Shown here: positions 49,726 to 58,485 of the stretch, piece after piece | Layout of the letters: the number at the start of each line of letters is the position of its first letter | How positions within the stretch are numbered: the stretch's first letter is position 1 | Assembly (NCBI GenBank): GCA_050949055.1 | Contig: JBMNFA010000007.1 | Coordinates: 64,749-128,748 of the forward strand | Reading direction: 5' to 3' | DNA from: Bacillota bacterium | GTDB lineage: Bacteria; Bacillota; UBA994; UBA5500 | Length of the DNA stretch: 64,000 nt | Position numbers and translations under genes: made by a program | The notes under the pieces: model-generated | Databases searched by the model: none | Told to the model about the DNA's origin: nothing | The model's input: the letters and a program-made list of their open reading frames with translations, nothing else

Positions 49726-49801
49726 GCAATGGATGACGCGCAACAGCTACAGGAGTGCAAAAGTGGGGACTGTCCCCATTTTTGCACTCTCTGCAACTTG
49801 C

Positions 49802-52800
49802 TTATATCTGTACGGCGCGGCCCATGCGCAGGAAGTAGAGGTAGCGCTGGCTGATGGGTAGGCGGAAGAGCTGGCTGAGGGCGCGGCTGTAGAGGTCGAT
49901 CTGCACTTTGTACCTGTCCGCCACTGAGGCCAGCGTTGCTGGGGTCACATTGTCTGACTTGAAATCGAGCAGCACAGCTCGGTCGCCCTCCCGGAAAACG
50001 CAGTCGATGATTCCTTGGATAAACACCTGCTCTCCTGCGCATTCCTGGCCATAAAGCTCCTCTGCCGGCAGCCGCAGCGAGAATGGCAACTCTCTCCACA
50101 CCTGCTCCGCCCGGCGCAGGCGGCAGCCGATTTCGCTTTGTAGAAAACCCTGCACCAGATCCAGGTCGATGCGTTCGGCTTCCTCTGCAGTAAGCAGAGA
50201 CCGACTGAGCATTTCCTGGCGCAACAGTTCGAGATAAGTGCGCTCAGGCGGCTGGCTGAGGTCGACATGCTGCAACAACAGATGGATGGCGCTGCCCACC
50301 TCGGCGGCGCTGAGGCCGCTTTGTTGCATAAAGGCGGGGCGGGTGATCGGGGGGCGCTGCCAGCGCTGTATGGGTGCAGCCTCTTCGTCGATGGTCTCAA
50401 AGCGCCGTTTCAGTTCGCTCACCGACACCTTGACGTGCTTGCCCTGTAGGGCTGCGTGGGGATAGTTCCAGCCCAGGCGCTCCGCTACGGCCTTGCCCCA
50501 ACCATGGTCTGGCAGCACCAACCGCTGGGCGATGCTGTCCAACTCGGGGGGCCTCACTTCTGCTTCTGTCACATCCTCCGCTTGCCCAGCAGCGAACACC
50601 TGGAAGCGCCAGCTGCAGCCATCCGGCTGCGCCGCCAGCACCAGCGGCGGTGTTCCTGCCACGCCCACCGCCTGCAGCAGTGATGCTGCCTGGGGATGGC
50701 TGACCAGTGCCGGCCCCAGCCAATCCAGGAAACAACGCCCTTCCGCCAACATATCCTCGGGCAACGCCCCCTGGGTGCTGCGGGGCAGGGCTGCCGTTTG
50801 CAGCCACTTGGCCACTGCCTGGGGCAGGTTGCGCTGCGATCCCACCAGGTACAGCTTCTCCCGTGCCCTGGTTAAAGCCACATACAACACCCGCAACTCC
50901 TCGGATAACGTCTCCAGCAGCAACCGCTGTTCGATCACCAGGCGAGGCAGGGTGGGGTATTTCACCCGGCGCTGCCAGTCCACCGCCAGCGGACCCAGCC
51001 CCAAGTCCTTATGGATGAGCAGGTCGCGGCGCAAGTCCATCAGGTTGAACCTGTTGCCCAGGCCGGCCACAAACACAACCGGAAACTCCAACCCCTTGCT
51101 CTTATGCACGCTCATAATGCGCACTACGTCTTCATTCTCACCCAGCGCGCGCGCCGTCCCCAGATCGTTTTCTTCCGCCTGCAGGCGCTCGATGAAGCGC
51201 AGGAAACGGAACAGCCCCCGGAAAGAGGTTTGCTCATACTGGCGGGCGCGATCGTGCAGGGCGCGCAGGTTAGCCTGTCGTTGCGCGCCGCCGGGCATAG
51301 CTCCCGCCAAAGTGTAGTAACCGGTGTCCCGATAGATCTGCCAGATCAGCTCGGACAGGCTGCTGCGCCGGGATTGCTCCCGCCAGCGTTCCAGACCAGC
51401 CAAGAACTGTTGCAGCTTCTCGCCCAAAGCGCCACTCTGCTGCTCGGCGGCAGCCAGCAGCGCCTCATAGAAGCTGGCGCCCGGTGCAGTTAGCCGAATC
51501 TCAACCAGCTCAGTTCCGTTCAGCCCTAAGAGTGGCGAGCGCAGCACCGCCGCCAGCGGGATATCCTGGCGCGGGTTATCGATCACCTGTAGCAGACTGA
51601 GCATGGTTTGAATTTCACTGGTCTGGAAGTAGCCGTTGGCCAGCTCGGCGTACGCCGGCACCTCCAGTTGTCGCAGTTGCTCCATGAACGCATTGGCCCG
51701 CCCGCTGGTGGCCCGCATCAGAATCACAATGTCGCGGTAAGCCAGCGGCCGATAGGATCCCAACCGCTTGTCCCATACTTGCTTGCCGCTCTCCGTCACC
51801 AAACGGCGGATCTCCCAGCCGATGCGGCGCGCCTCGCGGCTGGTGGCGTCCAGTTCGGCCAGCGGGTCGTCCTCCTGCTCCGCCGCTGTCGCAGTGCCGC
51901 TCCGCTCCAAGAGCATCACTTCCACCTCGGGGGTGAAGGCCTGCAGGTGTTGGGCATACGTGGCCCCTGGCTGCAGTTCAGCTGCCCGGTCGTAGACCAG
52001 CTCTCCCACCCGTTCGGTCATCAGCTGCCGGAAGAGGAAATTGATCGCTGCCAGGACGCCGGCCCGGCTGCGAAAGTTCTTGGCCAAGTCGATGCGCCGG
52101 CCAAGCTGTGGGTCCTGGCCATAATCCCGATACTTGCGCAGGAACAGGGTGGGATCAGCCAGGCGGAAACGGTAGATGCTCTGCTTGACGTCGCCGACCA
52201 TGAACAGCTGGTTTTGCCTGCCGGCCGGGTCGGTGAGCAGCTGCAGGATGGCTTCCTGTACGCCGTTGATGTCCTGGTATTCATCCACCAACACTTCGGC
52301 GTAACGCTGCCTGAGCTCCCAGGCGACGGGTGACGGCCCGTCGGTGTCGCTGAGTACGGTCAGCGCCATGTGCTCCAGGTCGTTGAAGTCCACCAAGCCT
52401 TTGGCCTGTTTGGCCTGGGAATAGCGGGACCGGAACTGCTGCGTCAGCTGGCACAGGCAGGAGATCCCGGGGGTCACCGCATCCAGTCCGGTCAGCAAAT
52501 CTGCCTTGTTCTGTGCCAGCAATTGGCCGCCGAGCTTCTGCAGGATCTCCTTGGCGGTGTTGCGGGCCTCCCTGGCTTGGTCGCGCAACTCCTTGTCACC
52601 GCTGCGCTTGCTGGGCAAGCGCCCAAAGAAGATTCTCCCCGCCAATTCCTTCAACCCGTCCCAATCGTCAGCGGCAGCGCCGTCCAGTGCCAACTCCACC
52701 TGCTGCAGCTCGCTGCTCACCAATTCCAAATACTGCAGCGGGCCGTCCGGCTGACGGATGATGTCGAGCGCGGTCAGCAAGGCCGAGCGCGCCTGCCCCA

Positions 52801-53461
52801 GCTGACGCCGCACCAGATCGCCCAAGGCGCTCAGCCACTGCGACCTGGCCTGGGCATCGGACAGCAGTTGGGGCAGTCGCTGCAACCAGCCCTCCGGGTC
52901 CGGATGGCTGCCGGCGAAGTTGTCCAACTGCAGGATAATTGCCTGCAGTTGGCCGTCGTCGTGGGTGCCGCCGTAGGCGTCGACCAGCCGCAGGAACTCC
53001 TCGTCGCCTGCTTGATACTGCTCCTCAAACAGCTTCTCCAGCACGTCTGTGCGCAGCAACTCCGCCTCCGTGATGTCGGCGATGCGGAAGCTCGGATCCA
53101 ACTCCAGGCGATGAAAGTGTTGGCGCAACAGATCCAGACAGAAAGAATGCAGGGTAGCGATGGAGGCGCGGCCTAGCAGAGCCAATTGCCGGGCCAGCCT
53201 GGCGTTGTCCGGGTGAGCGGCCAACTGGGCGGCGATGGCAGCCCCAATGCGTTCCCGCATCTCGGCCGCCGCAGCGTTGGTGAACGTGACCACCAATAGC
53301 TGATCTACGTCGATGGGATCAACGGCATCGGTGATGCGCTGGATGATCCGTTCTACCAGCACCGCAGTTTTGCCGGCACCCGCGCCGGCAGCTACCAACA
53401 GATGCTGTCCGCGGGCGCTGATCGCTTGTTGCTGCTCCTTAGTCCATTGGGTGGTGCTCAA
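49802..53461 (-). CDS. addA: ATP-dependent helicase/nuclease subunit A (UvrD-like helicase + PD-(D/E)xK nuclease)
   Basis: Walker A GAGAGKT; 1219 aa; overlaps the addB stop. Confidence 0.9.
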   Translation of the reverse strand: MSTTQWTKEQQQAISARGQHLLVAAGAGAGKTAVLVERIIQRITDAVDPIDVDQLLVVTFTNAAAAEMRERIGAAIAAQLAAHPDNARLARQLALLGRASIATLHSFCLDLLRQHFHRLELDPSFRIADITEAELLRTDVLEKLFEEQYQAGDEEFLRLVDAYGGTHDDGQLQAIILQLDNFAGSHPDPEGWLQRLPQLLSDAQARSQWLSALGDLVRRQLGQARSALLTALDIIRQPDGPLQYLELVSSELQQVELALDGAAADDWDGLKELAGRIFFGRLPSKRSGDKELRDQAREARNTAKEILQKLGGQLLAQNKADLLTGLDAVTPGISCLCQLTQQFRSRYSQAKQAKGLVDFNDLEHMALTVLSDTDGPSPVAWELRQRYAEVLVDEYQDINGVQEAILQLLTDPAGRQNQLFMVGDVKQSIYRFRLADPTLFLRKYRDYGQDPQLGRRIDLAKNFRSRAGVLAAINFLFRQLMTERVGELVYDRAAELQPGATYAQHLQAFTPEVEVMLLERSGTATAAEQEDDPLAELDATSREARRIGWEIRRLVTESGKQVWDKRLGSYRPLAYRDIVILMRATSGRANAFMEQLRQLEVPAYAELANGYFQTSEIQTMLSLLQVIDNPRQDIPLAAVLRSPLLGLNGTELVEIRLTAPGASFYEALLAAAEQQSGALGEKLQQFLAGLERWREQSRRSSLSELIWQIYRDTGYYTLAGAMPGGAQRQANLRALHDRARQYEQTSFRGLFRFLRFIERLQAEENDLGTARALGENEDVVRIMSVHKSKGLEFPVVFVAGLGNRFNLMDLRRDLLIHKDLGLGPLAVDWQRRVKYPTLPRLVIEQRLLLETLSEELRVLYVALTRAREKLYLVGSQRNLPQAVAKWLQTAALPRSTQGALPEDMLAEGRCFLDWLGPALVSHPQAASLLQAVGVAGTPPLVLAAQPDGCSWRFQVFAAGQAEDVTEAEVRPPELDSIAQRLVLPDHGWGKAVAERLGWNYPHAALQGKHVKVSVSELKRRFETIDEEAAPIQRWQRPPITRPAFMQQSGLSAAEVGSAIHLLLQHVDLSQPPERTYLELLRQEMLSRSLLTAEEAERIDLDLVQGFLQSEIGCRLRRAEQVWRELPFSLRLPAEELYGQECAGEQVFIQGIIDCVFREGDRAVLLDFKSDNVTPATLASVADRYKVQIDLYSRALSQLFRLPISQRYLYFLRMGRAVQI

Positions 53462-56400
53462 CTTAAATCACCTCCGGGTGACTCGGCCGGCCCGTGTGGG
53501 ATCGATTCTGGCTGTAGCCGGGCAATGATCTCTTCTCGTGGCAGCTTATTCAGCCAGCGATAGCTGTTCTCCGGCAGCAACGGGTCGAACTGGCAGACGG
53601 CAGCATAGGGACAGAAGCGGCAGGCGGTCTGCTGGTCCAGGCGATATGGCGCAATGCTGATATTCCCGGCCAAAATCCCTTCACCTGCTGCGACGAACTC
53701 GGCTTCCAGGTGCTGCCGCATCAAATCCAGCTCCGTTTTGCTCCAGACGCTGTCGCTCTGGCGCAGCGTGCCGTTCTGATTGACGGATACCGGTATCAGC
53801 AGCGAGCGCCCGCTGATCGTATTGTCCATCAGGGAGATTGCTTCTGCGTCGTCCAGCAGCCAACCCGACATGCGGTAAGCCTCCAGACCTTGGTTTTCTG
53901 CCACATCCTCAGGCAAAGGGGCGTTCGCCCGCAGCAGCGGATCGTGAATGCGGAAGTATAGCGCTCCCGCCTCCTGCGTGCCCTCTGGCAGCAGCCGGGC
54001 CGCGCACTGTTGGGCGACATGCAGGTAAGTGAGCAGCTGCAGCTTCAGTCCGTAGTAAACCTCCACCGGGGTCAGCCGCGATGAGCCGGATTTGTAATCG
54101 ATCACCCGCAGGTATGATTGGCCGCTCTCTGCGGTGGCCACGTCCAGCCGATCGATCCGCCCGGCCAGCTCCAGGCGGGTGCCGTCGGAGAGGGTGAAGG
54201 ACAAGCCGGGGATGCTGCCGCCAGGGCCGAAGGCCAGCTCCATGGCTACGGGCCGGAATTGGCCCTGGCTGGCGTGACGGCCCAGGATGCGCGCCGAGCG
54301 CTCCACCGTGCGCTGCAACTTCTTGGCGATATGGCGGAAGCGTGACGAGCTGTCCAAAATGTGGTTCTGCAGTTCCGGTGCCAGGTCGGCCACTATGGAT
54401 GCAGTCAGGTCGTTGTACTGCTGGTCGGTCAGTTCTCCCCAGTTCAACTGGCGCTGCTGCAGTTCCATTACGAAGCGATCCATGGCATCGTGAAAGAACG
54501 TGCCCAAATCCGGCGCCGCCAGCTGATGGATGGCGCGCTGCTGGAGGCGCAGTCCGTAGGTGGTGAAGAAAGCAAAAGGGCAGGCGTTGTATCGTTCAAT
54601 GCGGCTGACGCTGGCTCGCAAGGTGCGGCCATATAGGCGGCGCACCAACGTGGGGGCCAGATTGCCTTCGCTGTTTTTCCGTTCCATGCTGGCCAGGAGT
54701 TGCAGCAGCGCAGGGCGCTGCGCCGACGAGAACAGCAGATGACTGTAAACATCCCACCAGATGGTTGCCACTGGGCGCTTTTGGCGGGCCTCTCTTAATA
54801 TGGCGGCCAATTGTCTCAGTGCCGGCAACGGGTGGGACAGGTAGGGCAGTGCCGCCCGATTGTCCACTCCCTCTGGCATCAAGGCGTGCTCCTTTACTGT
54901 CAGCAGGGGGAACATTTCCTGCACCCGCTTGACCACGCTGGAGGGCAGCAGGGCGGCACCTTCCTCATCGGCCACCGGATAGCTCAGCCACAGTTGTTGG
55001 CTGGGGCGGGTGAGGGCGAGGTAGATCAGGTACTGTTCGTCGAACAGCCTGCGCTCCAGCGACGGCCCCAGCTCCAGCTGGCAGTTGGCCAACACCTGTC
55101 GTTCATAGTCGGTGAACAGGCCGTCGGCATTGATGCGCGCTGGCAACACCCCCTCGGTGATGCCTAGCACCAGCGCTGCCTTCACTTCCGGATGGCGCGA
55201 GCGACCTAAACTGGTGATCACCACCTGATCCAGTTCCGGGGGAATCAAGCCCAATTCGATGCTCTCCAGGCCGCTGTCCAGAATGCGGGCAAATTCCGCC
55301 AGGGGCAGTTGTTCCTCGCCCAGACCTGCCACCATCTCATCCAGCAACCCCACCAGGGCGGCCCACACCTGGGTGTGCAGGCTGGCAGCCTCCAGCTCCC
55401 CCCTTTGAGCCGACTGTTCCGCCCAATCGTACAGAGTCTCGGCTACTTGCAGCTCCGCCAACCAGAGATAGACGGCTGTGGCATACTCCTTCACCGTGCT
55501 GGCCGTGCGCAGAGCGCTATCCAGCCTGCCCAGGCGCTTGGCCACCGTGCGGCGGGTCTGGTTCAGCTGCGCCACTGCCACTTCCCGGCGCTGGCTGTCG
55601 CCTTCTGTGGACGGCTCATTTCGAGGCACCCAATCGGCCTGGTCCAACCAGCGCTTGCTGCCCCGAATCCCGCTGGCCAGCACATAATTCTCCAATATAT
55701 CCACTTGCTCTCGGCTGACGGGGAAAAGGTCGGTCTTCAGGCAACGGAACACCGGCTCGTAGAGGAAGTTTTCCAATACCACCTCCAGCCCGGAGCGCAC
55801 CAGTTCCAGGGCTGGATGCTGTTCCACCGCCCGCTTCTGATCTAGAAAATGGGGAATGCCGTGATCGGTAAGGACCGTGGACAACAGATAATCATAGTTA
55901 GCGAAGTCCCGCAGGGTGATGGAAATGTCCCGAAAGCGATATCCCTCTTCCCGGCACAGACGGATGATTTCGGCGGCGGCGGCTTCCACCTCCGCCCGCC
56001 GATTGCTGGCCGCGATCAGTTTCAACCCCTGAGGCGGGTCAGGAAAAGCTGCCTGCAGCCGATCGAAGTAGTTGCTCTCCAGGTATTGCAGGGCACGGTT
56101 GCTCTGAGAGCGCAGGCTGGCCGCCGCTGGAATTACGGGCGGTTCCACTTCGATGCCTAGACGCTCGGCTCGCTGGATCAACTCCCGGGCGGTTGACCAA
56201 GGCGTGAAAAAGGCGTCTTCGTCCCGCAGGCGCCGCTGCAGCAGACCGGGAGGTAGGGTGAGACTGACACTCACCTGGGGGCAAACTTGTAGCATCTGCT
56301 CAATCACCGTGTATTCTTGGGCAGTGAATCCGTTGAAGCCATCCAGCCAGATGGGGCGTCCGGCCAGGCTGGAAGCGTGCGGTAGGTTCTCCGCCAGCAG

Positions 56401-56967
56401 GTGGAGACAATCGCCGCTGTCCAAATATGTATCGCCGTACTCCTCGGCCAGATGCTCGCAGAGCAGCACCAGATCGTGCAACTTGTTCTGCAGAGTGGGG
56501 GTGAGCTTGTCGCCCTGCTCGTCCAAAACCGCCTGCAGGTCTTCCGCTGTCACTTGACAGCTCTTCAGCTCGGCCACCAACTCGGCTAACTTGCGGGTGA
56601 ATCCCGGCTGGTTGGCGGCCCGGGAAAAGGTGCGCAGTTCCTGCTTGTGTTGCTCGATCACCCGGCGGATGATCATGTGTCTACCCAGCTCTCCCACCTG
56701 CACCAGGGCTGCCCCCGCCACCTCGTGCAGCAGCCGATAGGCCAGGCGCTGGAAGCTGACCACCCGGGCGCGCATCAATCCGGGGGTTGCCTCCGCAGCA
56801 GACAGATTGCGTTCCGCCTGCGACGTGGACTGTTCAGGGACCAGCAGCCACAGTGGCTCTCCATGCGGATCCGCATCTACCAACTGGCTGATCTCCCGAT
56901 AGATATGTGTACTCTTGCCGCTGCCCGCGCGGCCCAGAATCAGCCGCAAACTCATCGTCCATTTCAC
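53458..56967 (-). CDS. addB: ATP-dependent helicase/nuclease subunit B with C-terminal Fe-S nuclease domain
   Basis: GRAGSGKS P-loop and a C-terminal CRFCPYAAVC cluster; 1169 aa. Confidence 0.9.
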   Translation of the reverse strand: MKWTMSLRLILGRAGSGKSTHIYREISQLVDADPHGEPLWLLVPEQSTSQAERNLSAAEATPGLMRARVVSFQRLAYRLLHEVAGAALVQVGELGRHMIIRRVIEQHKQELRTFSRAANQPGFTRKLAELVAELKSCQVTAEDLQAVLDEQGDKLTPTLQNKLHDLVLLCEHLAEEYGDTYLDSGDCLHLLAENLPHASSLAGRPIWLDGFNGFTAQEYTVIEQMLQVCPQVSVSLTLPPGLLQRRLRDEDAFFTPWSTARELIQRAERLGIEVEPPVIPAAASLRSQSNRALQYLESNYFDRLQAAFPDPPQGLKLIAASNRRAEVEAAAAEIIRLCREEGYRFRDISITLRDFANYDYLLSTVLTDHGIPHFLDQKRAVEQHPALELVRSGLEVVLENFLYEPVFRCLKTDLFPVSREQVDILENYVLASGIRGSKRWLDQADWVPRNEPSTEGDSQRREVAVAQLNQTRRTVAKRLGRLDSALRTASTVKEYATAVYLWLAELQVAETLYDWAEQSAQRGELEAASLHTQVWAALVGLLDEMVAGLGEEQLPLAEFARILDSGLESIELGLIPPELDQVVITSLGRSRHPEVKAALVLGITEGVLPARINADGLFTDYERQVLANCQLELGPSLERRLFDEQYLIYLALTRPSQQLWLSYPVADEEGAALLPSSVVKRVQEMFPLLTVKEHALMPEGVDNRAALPYLSHPLPALRQLAAILREARQKRPVATIWWDVYSHLLFSSAQRPALLQLLASMERKNSEGNLAPTLVRRLYGRTLRASVSRIERYNACPFAFFTTYGLRLQQRAIHQLAAPDLGTFFHDAMDRFVMELQQRQLNWGELTDQQYNDLTASIVADLAPELQNHILDSSSRFRHIAKKLQRTVERSARILGRHASQGQFRPVAMELAFGPGGSIPGLSFTLSDGTRLELAGRIDRLDVATAESGQSYLRVIDYKSGSSRLTPVEVYYGLKLQLLTYLHVAQQCAARLLPEGTQEAGALYFRIHDPLLRANAPLPEDVAENQGLEAYRMSGWLLDDAEAISLMDNTISGRSLLIPVSVNQNGTLRQSDSVWSKTELDLMRQHLEAEFVAAGEGILAGNISIAPYRLDQQTACRFCPYAAVCQFDPLLPENSYRWLNKLPREEIIARLQPESIPHGPAESPGGDLS

Positions 56968-57018
56968 CCCTTCCAGCGAAACAAAACGGCGGTTCTTCTT
57001 GTTTCGCTTCTACTACTC

Positions 57019-57047
57019 TGACACGAGGGGACTGTCCCTTCGTGTCA
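57019..57047. repeat. GGGGACWGTCCCC-family palindromic element in addB/sbcD divergent intergenic region
   Basis: TGACACGAGGGGACTGTCCCTTCGTGTCA. This is not a terminator position, since both flanking genes start here. Confidence 0.6.
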
Positions 57048-57222
57048 TTGAAATTCCCGACCGACCAGCCTTTCTCCTGCTCGCAACCCTTTCCAGGATC
57101 AGGTGGTAGTGACTGCGAAGCTCAGGCAGGAAAGCAGCGCTGGCGGGCGAAATCAGTAGATTGAGTGACTAACAAACTTTAGGAACCGTCCCCAAAACCC
57201 TACCGAAGGAGAGTGGTAGCCC

Positions 57223-58485
57223 GTGCGCATCTTACATACCTCGGACTGGCACCTGGGCCGTGCGCTGGAGGGTCATAACCGCCAGCCGGAGCAGGAGCAA
57301 TTTGTAGATGAGATCTGTGCACTCGCTGCAGACCAAGCCGTGCATCTGGTGTTGATCGCCGGAGATGTTTTCGATAACTACAACCCCCCGGCTTGGGCGG
57401 AGCAGTTGTTCTGTGACGCTTTGGACCGCCTGTCGCAGTCAGGCCGCCGGGCGGTGGCGGTAATTGCCGGCAACCACGACAGCCCTGATCGCCTCAGCGC
57501 GGTGCGGCCACTGGCTACCAACCAGGGAATCGTGATCGCAGGGCTGCCTCTGGAGCAGCCTCTGTTGTTCAGCCGGCCGAGGGCGACCGAGCGGGTACGG
57601 GCCCTGGCGCAAGGAGAAGGCTGGCTAGAGTTGGCCGTACCCGGCTGCGAACACACTGCCATCCTGTCGCTGTTGCCTTATCCCTCCGAGTCGCGGCTGG
57701 GACGCCTGCTAAGCGAAGACCTGGAGGAATACTCGCTGCGCGATGCCTATTCGCAGATGGTGAATGAAATTCTGCAGCGCCAGGCCGCCCACTATCGAGG
57801 GGATACGATCAACCTGGCCGTTTCCCACCTGTTCGTGCAGGGCGGGTCGGCCAGCGATTCGGAACGCCCCATCCAAGTGGGAGGAGCCTGCACGGTGGCG
57901 GTGGACCATCTGCCGGCGGCCGCCCAGTACATCGCCCTGGGCCATCTCCATCGACCGCAGCAACTGAAATCGGCACCGGCTCCTGCTTACTACTCCGGTT
58001 CGCCATTGGCCTATAGCTTCTCGGAGGCAAACCAAAGCAAGGCAGTCTATCTGGTGGATGTGCAACCCGGCCAGGCGGCAGCTGTGACCGCCATCCCCTT
58101 GCAGTCGGGCATTCCCCTGGAACGCTGGACATGCACTCAGGGGTTGGAGGAGGCCTGGCAACGGATCGATAATCGCCAGGGCCGGCCGGCATGGGTGGAC
58201 CTGGAGGTCCACGTGCCCCAGCCGATCAGCAACCAGGAGATCGCCCGCCTACGCCAAGCCTGGCCCACCTTGATCAACCTGCGGCCGGTGCTGCCTGGCC
58301 AGGAGCTGGAAGAGAGGGAGGAGCGTTTGGCGACGCTGGCTCTACCGGACATCTTCGACCGTTTTTATCGCCGTCGACGGAACGGGGCAGCGCCGTCCGC
58401 CGAGCTGGTGCAGATGTTTGTGCAATTGGCCGACGCGGTGGCGCTGCAACAAGACGAAGGGCAGGAAGGAGGCGGCGTGCGGTGA
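57223..58485 (+). CDS. sbcD: Exonuclease SbcCD subunit D
   Basis: Motifs ILHTSDWHLG, GDVFD, GNHD and GHLH. Confidence 0.9.
   Translation: MRILHTSDWHLGRALEGHNRQPEQEQFVDEICALAADQAVHLVLIAGDVFDNYNPPAWAEQLFCDALDRLSQSGRRAVAVIAGNHDSPDRLSAVRPLATNQGIVIAGLPLEQPLLFSRPRATERVRALAQGEGWLELAVPGCEHTAILSLLPYPSESRLGRLLSEDLEEYSLRDAYSQMVNEILQRQAAHYRGDTINLAVSHLFVQGGSASDSERPIQVGGACTVAVDHLPAAAQYIALGHLHRPQQLKSAPAPAYYSGSPLAYSFSEANQSKAVYLVDVQPGQAAAVTAIPLQSGIPLERWTCTQGLEEAWQRIDNRQGRPAWVDLEVHVPQPISNQEIARLRQAWPTLINLRPVLPGQELEEREERLATLALPDIFDRFYRRRRNGAAPSAELVQMFVQLADAVALQQDEGQEGGGVR

Noticed and set aside
44009-49800. Mobile element or prophage for the GNAT, kinase-fragment and lipoprotein region
   Set aside because: No integrase, transposase, recombinase, phage structural genes or tRNA attachment site. 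The only repeats there are the palindromic terminator-like elements.
58191-58483. N-terminal 98-aa extension of the sbcC ORF given by the ORF track (MGGPGGPRAPADQQPGDRPP...)
   Set aside because: This is the +2 frame of sbcD (low-complexity, Pro/Arg/Gly-rich). The genuine sbcC start is the GTG at 58484 overlapping the sbcD stop, where homology to SbcC begins (MRPLRLQLAGLNSFKEM).
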